Positions 9,569 to 18,985 of a stretch of 44,552 nucleotides of DNA are shown here, one piece after another (the stretch's first letter is position 1; every line of letters starts with the position of its first letter). Source of the DNA: an uncultured Bifidobacterium sp. (GTDB lineage Bacteria > Fibrobacterota > Fibrobacteria > UBA11236). The stretch is from positions 1-44,552 of the forward strand of contig CAZKRC010000003.1 of assembly GCA_964555105.1 (NCBI GenBank), read 5' to 3'. Under the pieces are notes generated by a model. That model was not told the origin of the DNA. It searched no databases and saw nothing but the letters and a program-made list of their open reading frames with translations. The translations under genes and the position numbers were made by a program.

Positions 9569-11023
9569 TCAGGCACGGTCGGGATGCCGTCCCTTCCGGG
9601 GCGGGGCGGTGATGACGGTTTCCGCGAACTCCGCCTTCCCCGCGATGCGCCCGCCGCGCGTCCTGCCGTCCTGCGTCCACGTTTCCACGTAAAAGCTCCA
9701 GAACGCGTTCGCGGCGGCGGCGTAGGAAAACTCCATCGCGCGCGCGCGCGCCGGGACACGCCACGCCTCGAGCCGGGCGGGATCGTTCACCAAGGCGAGC
9801 ATCGCGTCCCGCAACGCTTCCGGTTCCGTGTGGGAGAACACCATTCCGCACGCCTCCGGCACGATGATCTCCTGCGGGCCGCCCAGGTCGCTCACCAAGC
9901 ACGGCAGACCGCAGGCCAGCGCTTCCACCACGCTGTTGCCGAAGGTGTCCGCCAAACTGGGAAACACGAACAGGTCCGCGGACGCGAAGGCTCGCGCCAG
10001 CATTCCGTCCCGGAGGACGCCGGTGAAATGCGCACGGCCGCAGGACTGCAGCAGGGACTTCATGTCCTCAAGGTAGGGGCCGTCCCCCACGACGATCAGA
10101 CGGAGGTCGGGACGCGTCCGCAGCGCCTCCAGGAAAGCGTGCGCGAGCGCGGCGAGATTCTTTTCCACCGAGACGCGCCCCACGTACAACAGCTTCGGGC
10201 CGTCGTCGGGAATGCCGAAGTCCGTCCACACCTGCGGGTCGCGAAGGTCGGGACGGAAGAACGCGAGGTCGACGCCGCGGGGCAGCTTGCGAATGCGCGA
10301 CGGCGTCACGCCCATGGCGGCCACCTTGTCGCGATAGGCGTCGGAAGGCACGATCACCGGCCCCGCGATACGCGTGAAGGCGCGCGTCCAGAACTGCACG
10401 AGGCGCTTTCCCACGCGGCCTTGCATCAGCAGGTCGCTGTACACCATGATGTCGGTGCGGTAATGCGAAACCGTGGTGATGCCGGCGATCTTCGCCACGA
10501 TGAGACACAGGCTGCTCACGGGACCCGGGGTTTCGAACTCGATGACGTCCATCGGGTGCGCCCGCAAAAAATCCAGAAAGCTCTTGAGGCGCAACACCAC
10601 GAGCTCGCTTTGCGCGTAGCCGGCCTGATCCATGGAGAACCGTCCGGGCGCGAGGATCATCCGGTCGTCGGCGCCTTCGCGACGCGGGTGCCGTGTGTGG
10701 AATGCCGGCCCGAACAGCCAGGCGTCGCGGCCCGTGCGGCGCAGCTCGCGCAACTGGATGCGCGAAGCGAGGGCGATGCCGTTCACCTCATCGAGATTGT
10801 CGCTGACGCAGACCACCGCGGGTTCACACGATTCCCCCGCCCGCCGGGCGCGCTCTGCCGCGAGCGCGAAGCGGAGGCGGAGCATGTCCGGGAACTGGCT
10901 GAGCAGTTCCGCGAGGAAATACAACACGAAGCGGAGCACGCCCGGAGTTCCCCAAGGCTGGTGGGGGCGCGTACGGGACGGCTCCCCGGATGGAACGACG
11001 GCGGGCGCGGACATATCCTCCAA
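9569..11023 (-). CDS. GT-B family 4 glycosyltransferase
   Basis: LLYVGRVSVEKN and ADLFVFPSLADTFGNSVVEALACGLPCLVSDLGGPQEII form a GT4 signature. Confidence 0.8.
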   Translation of the reverse strand: MEDMSAPAVVPSGEPSRTRPHQPWGTPGVLRFVLYFLAELLSQFPDMLRLRFALAAERARRAGESCEPAVVCVSDNLDEVNGIALASRIQLRELRRTGRDAWLFGPAFHTRHPRREGADDRMILAPGRFSMDQAGYAQSELVVLRLKSFLDFLRAHPMDVIEFETPGPVSSLCLIVAKIAGITTVSHYRTDIMVYSDLLMQGRVGKRLVQFWTRAFTRIAGPVIVPSDAYRDKVAAMGVTPSRIRKLPRGVDLAFFRPDLRDPQVWTDFGIPDDGPKLLYVGRVSVEKNLAALAHAFLEALRTRPDLRLIVVGDGPYLEDMKSLLQSCGRAHFTGVLRDGMLARAFASADLFVFPSLADTFGNSVVEALACGLPCLVSDLGGPQEIIVPEACGMVFSHTEPEALRDAMLALVNDPARLEAWRVPARARAMEFSYAAAANAFWSFYVETWTQDGRTRGGRIAGKAEFAETVITAPPRKGRHPDRA

Positions 11024-11188
11024 AGATAGCGTTCAGCGCGGACAAACGCACGCGGATGAAGGGGATGGGGGGATGCGCGCGCACGCGCCCTTCGTGAATA
11101 AAGCCCCGTGCGCGCGGGCGGGGGGAAGTTTACGGGACTTCCGGGCGCATATCCTGACGAGCTGTTTACATTAAGGGCCGGAGGCGCC

Positions 11189-12250
11189 ATGCATCATCTT
11201 TTCACGTATTCAGACAGCCCGGTCAGCGCGGACGCTCCGGCGACGCGGCGGGGGTTCAAAGCGGCACTGATCCTGGCCTGCGCCCTGCTCCCGTCCGTGC
11301 CGGCGTCGGCCCAGCAGACGCCGCGCTGGACGCTGATGGATCTGGGGCGCCTGCCGTCGCCGGACGTCGCCGCCATCGTGCGCGACGACCTCGACAACAT
11401 CTATTTCGGAACGCGCGGCGGCCTGACCATCGAAGACCGCACGGGCGGGTTCCGGATCGTGAACAAGGCGACGGTGAAGGGCGGCCCGGCGTCGGACAGC
11501 ATCACCAGCCTCGGCCTTGACCGTTTCCGCGATCTCTGGGTGGGCACCGATGGAGGCGGCCTCGGGGTTTACACCAACGGGTCGTGGCGCGTGCATACGC
11601 GCGAGAGCACCCGGGGCGGCCTGCCCGACGACGGCGTACTCGCGCTCGCCCTGCGGCGCGAGGAACGATGGGTGGGAACGCGCAACGGGTTCGCCGTGTT
11701 GCGCGGTTCGTCGTGGACGACCTGGACCGGAGACCGCATCGCGGGGCGCCTTCCCCACCCCACCGTCACGGCGATCGCGGTGGACTCCTCCGGGGACGTG
11801 TGGCTGGGAACCATCGGCGGGCTCGTGCGCATGCGCGGTTCGTCATGGACGCGCTTCACGCCCGAGGACACCGACGGCGGACTGCCGCATCACGGCATCA
11901 CCGCGTTGCACGTCGAGCCCGGCGGCGCCCTGTGGGTGGGCACGCAGGCGGGTGCGACGCGCCGCGATACCGACGGCTCCTGGCTGGCGTTCGGTCCCGG
12001 CGCGGGACTGGGCGCGCTCGTCAACGAACGCGTGACCGCCATCACCGGAGGTCCCGATGGCGAGGTGTGGCTGAGCCTCCGCGGGGGTGCGGCGCGCTAC
12101 GTCCAGGGCGACTGGACGTTGTACACCCGGGAAAACCTCCCCGGCCTGCTGACGCTGTACGTCAACACCGTCCTGGCGGACGCAAGCGGCGAGATCCGCA
12201 TCGGCACGCAGAAGGGCGTGATCATGCGGGTGCTGGGCACGGGGCGCTAA
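11189..12250 (+). CDS. secreted beta-propeller protein (two-component-regulator propeller / Reg_prop-like repeats)
   Basis: Start at MHHLF followed by a signal-like ALILACALLPSVPASAQQ. Repeated W(V/L)GT..GG(L/F) blades: WVGTDGGGL, WVGTRNGF, WLGTIGGL, WVGTQAG. Confidence 0.6.
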   Translation: MHHLFTYSDSPVSADAPATRRGFKAALILACALLPSVPASAQQTPRWTLMDLGRLPSPDVAAIVRDDLDNIYFGTRGGLTIEDRTGGFRIVNKATVKGGPASDSITSLGLDRFRDLWVGTDGGGLGVYTNGSWRVHTRESTRGGLPDDGVLALALRREERWVGTRNGFAVLRGSSWTTWTGDRIAGRLPHPTVTAIAVDSSGDVWLGTIGGLVRMRGSSWTRFTPEDTDGGLPHHGITALHVEPGGALWVGTQAGATRRDTDGSWLAFGPGAGLGALVNERVTAITGGPDGEVWLSLRGGAARYVQGDWTLYTRENLPGLLTLYVNTVLADASGEIRIGTQKGVIMRVLGTGR

Positions 12251-12257
12251 CCGAACC

Positions 12258-12308
12258 GGTCGCGCGGGCAGGCGGTCCCGGCGGGGTTGGACCAAGGCCC
12301 GCGCGATC
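12258..12308. terminator. possible bidirectional hairpin between convergent genes
   Basis: GGTCGCGCGGGC (12258-12269) pairs with GCCCGCGCGATC (12297-12308) at 11 of 12 positions. The loop is long and there is no U-tract. Confidence 0.3.
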
Positions 12309-12310
12309 CC

Positions 12311-13399
12311 TTACCCCCAAACGTTTTCCTTCACGCTGGAATCGAAACCGACGATGTAGGACGTGATTTCGGTTTCCTGGGGCGCGACCTGCACCGCTGC
12401 GGAACTGATCCAGTTGTCCATCCAGCGCAGCTTGTATTCGGCTTTCGGCCACAGCGGCTCGAGACGAATGGCCTTCATCCGCTGGGAGGCGATGTACTCG
12501 ACGTACTCCTGCAGGATCGGCGCGTTGAGGCCGATGAGCGAGCCTTCCTTGAAGAGGAATTCCGCCCACGCCTTCTCCTGTTCCACCGCCTCTTCGTACA
12601 TCCCGATGGCGTCCTGCTTGCATTCCTCGGCGACCTGCGCCCACTCCGGGCCTTCCAGGCCGCGGATGATGATGTTGATCATGCTTTGCGTGATGCCCAG
12701 GTGGACGTTTTCGTCGCGGCAGATCAGCTTGAGGATGTTGGCCGAGCCGCCCATTTTCTTGAGCGACTCGTTGATGCCGAAGCTGCAGGCGAAGCTCACG
12801 TAGAAACGCACGCCCTCGAGGATGTTGACCGCGACCAGTGCCTTGAACAGCTTCTTCTTGCCCTCGTAGGTGTTGACCGGCAGCAACCCCGCCTCGACCT
12901 GCGATTGTTCCTTGATGAAGTCGTCGTAGGCGGCGACCACCGATTTGGCGCGCTTGCGGATCTCCTCGTTCTCCACGATGTCGTTGAACACGACGGTGGG
13001 ATCGTGGAAGATGTTCTTGATCATCCACTGGTACGACTTGGAATGGTTCACTTCCTGGAAGGCCCACTTGGCGCAACACGCCTCGACTTCCGGCAGCGTG
13101 GAGGCGGACATGAAGGCGTGCACGGGGCCGCGCCCCTGCACCGAGTCGAGGAGGATCTGGTAGCGGAGATTGTAGAGGAAGAGATGCTGGGCGCCCTTGG
13201 GCAGCGTCTGGAATTCGGAGCGGTCAAGCTCCAGATCGATCTCCTGGGGGCGCCAGAAGAAACCCATCATCTTCTCGTAGTAATCGTTGAACTGCCGGTA
13301 CCGCACCATGTCGTCGCGGAGAATGTTGGGCTCTTCGCCGAAGAACATCGGTTGATAGCGGAAGTCGATGTTTTTCTGGTTGTAAAGTGTGCGGGTCAT
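12311..13399 (-). CDS. nrdB: class Ia ribonucleotide reductase beta subunit
   Basis: 362 aa. FWRPQEIDL and EGVRFYVSFACSF are R2 ferritin-like motifs, and the gene sits immediately downstream of nrdA. Confidence 0.9.
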   Translation of the reverse strand: MTRTLYNQKNIDFRYQPMFFGEEPNILRDDMVRYRQFNDYYEKMMGFFWRPQEIDLELDRSEFQTLPKGAQHLFLYNLRYQILLDSVQGRGPVHAFMSASTLPEVEACCAKWAFQEVNHSKSYQWMIKNIFHDPTVVFNDIVENEEIRKRAKSVVAAYDDFIKEQSQVEAGLLPVNTYEGKKKLFKALVAVNILEGVRFYVSFACSFGINESLKKMGGSANILKLICRDENVHLGITQSMINIIIRGLEGPEWAQVAEECKQDAIGMYEEAVEQEKAWAEFLFKEGSLIGLNAPILQEYVEYIASQRMKAIRLEPLWPKAEYKLRWMDNWISSAAVQVAPQETEITSYIVGFDSSVKENVWG

Positions 13400-13445
13400 G
13401 TCGTCCCTTTAAAAGTTGATGTGTGCGGAGATGCGGAGCCGCGCC

Positions 13446-15776
13446 TCAGATGGCGCAGGCCCCGCTTTCGCAGGCTTCACCCTGTGAGGCATAAGCGTCC
13501 GCTCCGGGGGCCAGCGCGGGCAGCGCCTCGCCTTCGACCGATGCCGACTCCTCGCCGGAGAGGTCCAGGGTGTTCTGGTAGTAAAGCTGCTTGTGGCCGT
13601 ACTTGAAGGCGATGCGGCAATCGCTGATCACATCCCCGAGCGAAATCAGTCCGTTCTCGTAACGACGCGGATCGCTGTAGAGGTTGATGGACATGCCCTG
13701 GTCGGCGAACTTCTGCCACACGGCGGCCACCTTCAGGTAACCTTCGTTGCTGTAGTCGTGATCCCAGCACAACTGATAGTGTTCGGCGCGGTCCGCGATG
13801 TACTTGGCCACCGACTTGATCGGGCCCTTCTTGCTGTTCTTCGTGGTGATCAGCGCGCGCAGCGGCTCGATGCCGTTGGAGGTGCCCGAGACGATCGCCG
13901 ACGATTCCGCCGGCATGAAAGCCATCAGCGAGGAGTTGCGCATGCCGTGCGCGGCGATTTCCTTGCGGAGCTCCTCCCACTCCGGCGAAAGCTCCACGGG
14001 GGCGAACGCGTCGACGTTGCGGCTGTAGGTGTCGATCGGGAGCACGCCCTGCGAATACTTGGTGCGGTCGAACTTGGCGCACACGCCCTTTTCCTTCGCC
14101 AGCTGCACCGAGGCGCGCGTCAACCCCAACGCGAACTGCTCCGCGTAGGGGTGGACGACGAAGGGTGCCACCGGATCCGAATACTTCACCTTCTCACGTG
14201 CGAGCAAGTCGGCCAGCCCGATGATGCCCACGCCCAGCGCCCGGCGCTCGCGCGTGAAGCGCTCCGCCGCGGGAATGGCGTATTCCATGTGGTCGATCAA
14301 CTCGTCCAGGAAACGCACCGCCAGTTCACCCACTTCGCCCAGCTCCTCGAACCGGCACTCGGCCACGTTGACCGCCGAGAGGATGCAGGTGAAGATCTCG
14401 CCCTTGTCGCCGTTCACCGCGTCGATCGGTTCGGACGGAAGGTTGATCTCCTGGCAGAGGTTGGAGAACCGGACCGTGTCCAGGAAGGCCGAGTGCGTGT
14501 TGGCATTGTCCATGTCCATCACGTAGATCCGGCCCGTGGTCAGGCGTTCGCTGAAAATGAGACGGGCCAATTCGCGCGCGCTCACGCGCTTGCGGATGCG
14601 CTCGGGATGCCGTTCCTCCTCCTCGCGATACAGGCGGTCGAAGTCGGTGGTGCCCCACGCTTCGTAAAGCCCGGCGGAGGTGTGCGGATCGAACAGGGAA
14701 ATCACCCCGTCGGCCTGCGCCCGCTCCCAGAACCCCGTCCACAGCTGCACGCTGTAGTCCATGGTCCGGATGCGGTTGTCCTCGGTGCCCTTGTTGTTCT
14801 TCAGCACCACCACGTCCTCGATTTCCGGATGCCACACGGGAATGTGGCAGGTGGCCGACCCGCCGCGGATCCCGTTCTGCGAGCAGGATTTCACCGTGGC
14901 CGCGACGATCTTCATGAAGGGCAGAAGCCCGGTGTGGACCACCTCGCCGCCGCGCACCTTGGAGCCCTTGCTGCGGATGCGGCCGAAGTTCACGCCCATC
15001 CCCGCGCGCTGCGCGGTCAGGCGACCGAGGGCGTGCGTGGAGGCGAAGATCGAATCCAGGTCATCGCCGATGTCGATGCCCACGCACGACGCGTACTGGC
15101 GCACCGGCGTGCGCACTCCGGCGATCACCGGCGTGGGCAACGACAGCTTGAACGTCGAGATGGCGTTGTAGAAGCGACGGATCGTCTCCAAACGATACTC
15201 GCTCCCGTGGCGTTCCACATAGCGGCGGAAGCCGGTCAGGGCGATCAGCATGTACGCGAATTGCGGGGTTTCGTAGATGGCCCCCGTCACGCGATCCTGA
15301 ACCAGGTATTTGTCGATCACCTGGCGCAGCCCGGCATAGGGGATTTTGTAGTCGCGGTCATGATCGAGCCACGCGTTCATCTGCTCGATGTCTTCGGGCG
15401 TGTAACCGTCCAGGATCGTGCGGTCGTACACGCCGGCGTCAACGCCGCGCGCGATCACCTCGGAAAGGTGCGGCAACGTCAGCCCCTTGCCGAACACCTC
15501 CTTGCGCAGCGCCATGTTGAGCAAACGAGAGGCCACGAACTGATAGTTGGGGAAGTCGGGCGTGATCAGGTCGGACGCCGCACGGATCAGGATTTCGTGG
15601 ATTTCGCGGGTTTTCACCCCATCGACCAACTGCAATTGCGCCCGCATCTCGATGTCGGAAACCGACACACCGGTCATCCCGTCGCATCCCCAATACAGAA
15701 CCTTGTGGATCTTTTCAAGATCCAGTTCTTCCCGCTCGCCGTTCCGCTTCACCACCCGAATCACATGTTCGCTCAT
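13446..15776 (-). CDS. nrdA: class Ia ribonucleotide reductase alpha subunit
   Basis: 776 aa. N-terminal ATP-cone VVKRNGEREELDLEKI, catalytic-core blocks such as NLCQEI and AFMPAESSA, and a C-terminal Cys pair CESGAC. Confidence 0.92.
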   Translation of the reverse strand: MSEHVIRVVKRNGEREELDLEKIHKVLYWGCDGMTGVSVSDIEMRAQLQLVDGVKTREIHEILIRAASDLITPDFPNYQFVASRLLNMALRKEVFGKGLTLPHLSEVIARGVDAGVYDRTILDGYTPEDIEQMNAWLDHDRDYKIPYAGLRQVIDKYLVQDRVTGAIYETPQFAYMLIALTGFRRYVERHGSEYRLETIRRFYNAISTFKLSLPTPVIAGVRTPVRQYASCVGIDIGDDLDSIFASTHALGRLTAQRAGMGVNFGRIRSKGSKVRGGEVVHTGLLPFMKIVAATVKSCSQNGIRGGSATCHIPVWHPEIEDVVVLKNNKGTEDNRIRTMDYSVQLWTGFWERAQADGVISLFDPHTSAGLYEAWGTTDFDRLYREEEERHPERIRKRVSARELARLIFSERLTTGRIYVMDMDNANTHSAFLDTVRFSNLCQEINLPSEPIDAVNGDKGEIFTCILSAVNVAECRFEELGEVGELAVRFLDELIDHMEYAIPAAERFTRERRALGVGIIGLADLLAREKVKYSDPVAPFVVHPYAEQFALGLTRASVQLAKEKGVCAKFDRTKYSQGVLPIDTYSRNVDAFAPVELSPEWEELRKEIAAHGMRNSSLMAFMPAESSAIVSGTSNGIEPLRALITTKNSKKGPIKSVAKYIADRAEHYQLCWDHDYSNEGYLKVAAVWQKFADQGMSINLYSDPRRYENGLISLGDVISDCRIAFKYGHKQLYYQNTLDLSGEESASVEGEALPALAPGADAYASQGEACESGACAI

Positions 15777-15897
15777 CTGATTGCCATTCCTTCTCCGTCC
15801 CCGGGGACGGGTCTGGGGACATCGCCCCCTGTCAAATTCCTTAAAAGGGAAAAGTACACACTCCGGCCCTCGCCTGCAGGGCGTTTTTCAGGATACA

Positions 15898-15945
15898 GCA
15901 CACTATCAGGTGGCTGTACTAAAACTTGACCACTATATATTGTAT
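15898..15945 (-). promoter_or_regulatory. tandem NrdR boxes upstream of nrdA
   Basis: CCACTATATATTGTAT (15930-15945) is a near-perfect match to the NrdR box acaCwAtATaTwGtgt. A weaker box ACACTATCAGGTGGCT lies at 15898-15913. The box starts are 32 bp apart, about three helical turns. Confidence 0.55.
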
Positions 15946-16205
15946 AAACTACCATCCGGAACCGGATCAAGGTAAGTCGTTGTTTTTGACGGTGTTGAGG
16001 CACTTCCGCCCCGGAAAAGGCACCCGGCGACGCCTCAAACGGTACTCCAGGTGGTACCGCCCCCGGTACCACAGAGGCTACCATACGGATTCATGCGGAC
16101 AAACCCCCAGCCAGCCCCTGCGGCCAATACAGGGTCGAAGGGCATTCTTCAAGCTGCAGGAGGGATGGGGGGGGAACGCCGGGGAACCCGGCGGGGAACG
16201 CAAGA

Positions 16206-16313
16206 GAAAATCAGAAATCAGAAGGTGGAAATCAGAAGGTGGAAATCGGAAGGCGGAAATCAGAAGGCGGAAATCGGAAATCAGAAGGCAGAAAGCGGAA
16301 AAGCGGAGGTGGC
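16206..16313. repeat. tandem array of 14-nt unit GAAATCAGAAGG(T/C)G with 7-nt sub-units
   Basis: gaaaatcagaaatcagaaggtg gaaatcagaaggtg gaaatcggaaggcg gaaatcagaaggcg gaaatcg gaaatcagaaggca gaaagcg gaaaagcg gaggtgg, read directly. Confidence 0.85.
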
Positions 16314-16391
16314 TGGAGGGGCGCGACACGCGAGGCATGAACCACGGTCGCGCGCTGGGCCGTGAGCCGTGGTGAGTTTAAGCTGCGCGCG

Positions 16392-17423
16392 CTACCGCTT
16401 GACCATCGTGAACGAGTACAACGCGGGGTGGGCGTCGTCGACGCGGCCGAGACCGCGATATCCCAGCAACTCGCCGCCGAGGAACATGCGCGCACCCACG
16501 CGTTCGAGTTTGCCGAGCTCCTGCAACACGGACGTCCGCTGCCGGTCCACCGTACGCGCGAACCGCACCGTGTCCCCGCCGGCCACACTGATCTCGAGCC
16601 GGCGCGGCACGGACACGCCGCCCCACGAACTGCGCTCGGGCGCCGTGATGGCCTGCGGCTTGAGCAAGGTCATCACCCCGTTCTCTTCGCGCACTCCGTA
16701 GCCGAACACCGAGGATTTTTCGGTGAAGAACAACCCGCCTTCGGCGCGGCCCGACGTCACCACGTAGCGGTAGCCCGCATCCATGAAGCGCGTGCCGAAC
16801 TGCGACTGACGACTGTGGTCCATCCAGCCGAAGCCGCGCACGGCGATGGTGTCGCCGTTCACCGCCAAGTGTCCCTTCACGCGCGCCTTGGGAATGTGGA
16901 TGGCCAGGCTGACGGTCTCGCCGCCATCCAGCCGGAACAGCCCGTCGCCCCACACCACGCCCGGCGTCATCTTCTCGAACACCAGGTCAAGGAGATAATC
17001 CTTGCCGCCCTTACGGGTGGCGAAGAACACGCGATGCGCGCGCGGCGGCAGGCCTTCCGCAAAGATGTTGGCATGCACGGACAGCCGCGCCGCCGAAGGT
17101 TCCCAGGTGAAGTTCGAGAGCGGATACTCGCGTGCGACGAAGTCGGTCTGTCCCCCGGCCGTCATCACCGCAAGGTCCGCGCCGCACACCGGATCCTTGA
17201 ACTTTCCGAAATGCACGCGCGAGAGGTTGAGCTGCACCTGGATGCCGTCGTTCAACAGGAACTGCCAGGTCCAGAACTCGTTGTGCGTCCTGCCGGGGTT
17301 CGCCTGCGGGCCATAGTCGGCCGGGGTGTCGCGGCGCAGGTCTCCCTGTGGGCTCGTGGCCGCGACCACCGTCGCCGCGCCCGGCGCGAGCAGGACCGCG
17401 CAGGCCAGCAGGGCGCGCACCAT
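16392..17423 (-). CDS. hypothetical secreted protein
   Basis: Start taken at MVRALLACAVLLAPGAATVVAA, a signal peptide; 17468 (MRRPD) is the alternative. The track ORF to 18008 would overlap the divergent gene. No family recognised. Confidence 0.55.
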   Translation of the reverse strand: MVRALLACAVLLAPGAATVVAATSPQGDLRRDTPADYGPQANPGRTHNEFWTWQFLLNDGIQVQLNLSRVHFGKFKDPVCGADLAVMTAGGQTDFVAREYPLSNFTWEPSAARLSVHANIFAEGLPPRAHRVFFATRKGGKDYLLDLVFEKMTPGVVWGDGLFRLDGGETVSLAIHIPKARVKGHLAVNGDTIAVRGFGWMDHSRQSQFGTRFMDAGYRYVVTSGRAEGGLFFTEKSSVFGYGVREENGVMTLLKPQAITAPERSSWGGVSVPRRLEISVAGGDTVRFARTVDRQRTSVLQELGKLERVGARMFLGGELLGYRGLGRVDDAHPALYSFTMVKR

Positions 17424-17484
17424 GCCGCGCGCGCGACCGCTGCTCGACGGTGTGTCAGGACGCCTCATAAGTGATAAAGTATAT

Positions 17485-18807
17485 ATGTCCCGCATGTCCG
17501 ATCCCGTCCACGGCCACGACGCTTCGTGCCGCCCCGCTTCCAGCATACAACATGGCCGCGACACGAACCACCCGGACGTCCGCACCCGCCCGCGGCGGCC
17601 CCGCCGCGCTCCCCCGGCGTCGGGCCTGTTCGCGCTCCGTGCGACCTGCGCCGTGACGCTGGCCCTCGCGACCGGCGCCCTTGCCGCCCGCTCCGCGGCG
17701 CCCCAGCCCCCCCCTGCGCCCGCCGCCTCCCCGACGTCCCATACCCCCCACACCACACCTCCCGACAGCCTCATCCCGTCGAAACTGACCCTGATTCCGG
17801 GCCTCAAGATTTCCCCCGAGATCGGCATCGGTTTGGGAACCATGGCCGTCCACACGGGCTGGCCGCGCCCCGGCGCCCGCATGGAATACCGTATCCTGTA
17901 CACCACGCGCAACCAGATGGAGCTGCGCGTTTCCAACCGCACCGACAACATCTTCGGATCGTTGTGGGAGGCCCGCTTCGAAGGAAGTTTCCAGCGTTTT
18001 CCCGACAATTATTTCGGAGGGGGGAATAATCCCGTCGACGCCGACAAGGTGGAATACTCACCGACGGGGGGGTATGGATTCATGCGTTTCACACGCCCCT
18101 TGCCCTTCATCCACCCGGCCGTACAGGTCGTGGCGGGCGTGCGGGCCGAAGGGTGGGACATCACCGGGATCCGCAAGGACGACGGCTCGCCGGGGGCGGA
18201 TCTCATCCTGGGCCCGCATGTGACGGGACACGACGGCGGCGTCGCGGACCTGTGGGAACTGGGCGTGGAGTACGACAGCCGCGACAGCCGCGATGTGCCC
18301 ACGCGCGGCCTGCACGTGGCGCAGCGCCTGGGGACGTCGCTCGCGGGTGACTTCGCCTTTCAAACCTCCGAGAGCTGGATCGCCGCGCACGGGACTTTGG
18401 GACCACGATGGGAGGTCGCGGGACGACTCTGGCAAAAAACCATGTTCGGAGACCCGCCGTTCTTCGTGCAGCCCGACATCGGCAATGAGGACGTGTTGCG
18501 CGGCGTACCCAACAAGCGTTTCCGCGACCGCAGCGCGCAAGCCGCGCAGGCGGAACTGCGTTTCAACTTCGCCCTTGCCCTGCCCCTCATCCATTCGTGG
18601 CTCGGCAAGGACTGGCAGATCGCGACCTTCGCCGAAACCGGGCGCGTGGGGGATTCCTTCACGGATGCCTCGCGCGGGGACTTGCATTATTCCGGAGGCG
18701 TGGGCGGCCGCCTGATCTTCAACGAACGCACCGGCGCCATGCGCGGCGACCTTGGCTTCAGCCCGCACGGAGTGGCGTTCATCGTGAAGTTCAACCAGGC
18801 GTTTTGA
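17485..18807 (+). CDS. Omp85/BamA-superfamily outer-membrane beta-barrel protein (bacterial surface antigen-like)
   Basis: C-terminal alternating beta-strand pattern ending GVAFIVKFNQAF with a terminal Phe. Motifs RGLHV, LRGVPNKRF and GGVGGRL resemble the Bac_surface_Ag family. A long Arg/Pro-rich region precedes the hydrophobic segment. Confidence 0.6.
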   Translation: MSRMSDPVHGHDASCRPASSIQHGRDTNHPDVRTRPRRPRRAPPASGLFALRATCAVTLALATGALAARSAAPQPPPAPAASPTSHTPHTTPPDSLIPSKLTLIPGLKISPEIGIGLGTMAVHTGWPRPGARMEYRILYTTRNQMELRVSNRTDNIFGSLWEARFEGSFQRFPDNYFGGGNNPVDADKVEYSPTGGYGFMRFTRPLPFIHPAVQVVAGVRAEGWDITGIRKDDGSPGADLILGPHVTGHDGGVADLWELGVEYDSRDSRDVPTRGLHVAQRLGTSLAGDFAFQTSESWIAAHGTLGPRWEVAGRLWQKTMFGDPPFFVQPDIGNEDVLRGVPNKRFRDRSAQAAQAELRFNFALALPLIHSWLGKDWQIATFAETGRVGDSFTDASRGDLHYSGGVGGRLIFNERTGAMRGDLGFSPHGVAFIVKFNQAF

Positions 18808-18808
18808 G

Positions 18809-18973
18809 GTCGGTACTGAGGTCGGTACAGCAGTACAGCAGTACAGCAGTACAGAACAGCGTGGGGTCTCTTCAACCGGTTCCCGGATCCAAGGCGTAAG
18901 AAGGGCCCGGAATCTACTACCCTCGGGCGTTGTACTCTTCTACTGCTGTACTGTTGTACTGCTGTATTGTTCT
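18809..18973. repeat. inverted pair of (GTACAGCA)n microsatellite arms around an about 70-nt spacer
   Basis: Left arm is gtacagcagtacagcagtacagcagtacagaacagc. The reverse complement of the right arm is agaacaatacagcagtacaacagtacagcagtagaag. About 26 of 29 positions are complementary. Confidence 0.8.
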
Positions 18974-18985
18974 ATCGTTCTTCCC

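Noticed and set aside
16206-16313. Possible CRISPR array
   Set aside because: The repeat units are 14 nt, with 7-nt sub-units, and are directly contiguous with no unique spacers. No cas genes lie nearby. This is a simple tandem repeat.
16392-18008. 538-aa version of the secreted-protein ORF, and the 17326 start of the divergent Omp85-like ORF
   Set aside because: The two long versions overlap each other by about 680 nt. Internal starts at 17423/17468 and 17485 give signal peptides or sensible N-termini and a divergent promoter region.
18861-18928. PreQ1 riboswitch upstream of queE/queC
   Set aside because: The segment ggaaucuacuacccucggg loosely resembles the preQ1-I loop (UCUAGCUACACCCUC). 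However, no A-rich 3' tail is present to form the pseudoknot, and the P1 pairing is poor.
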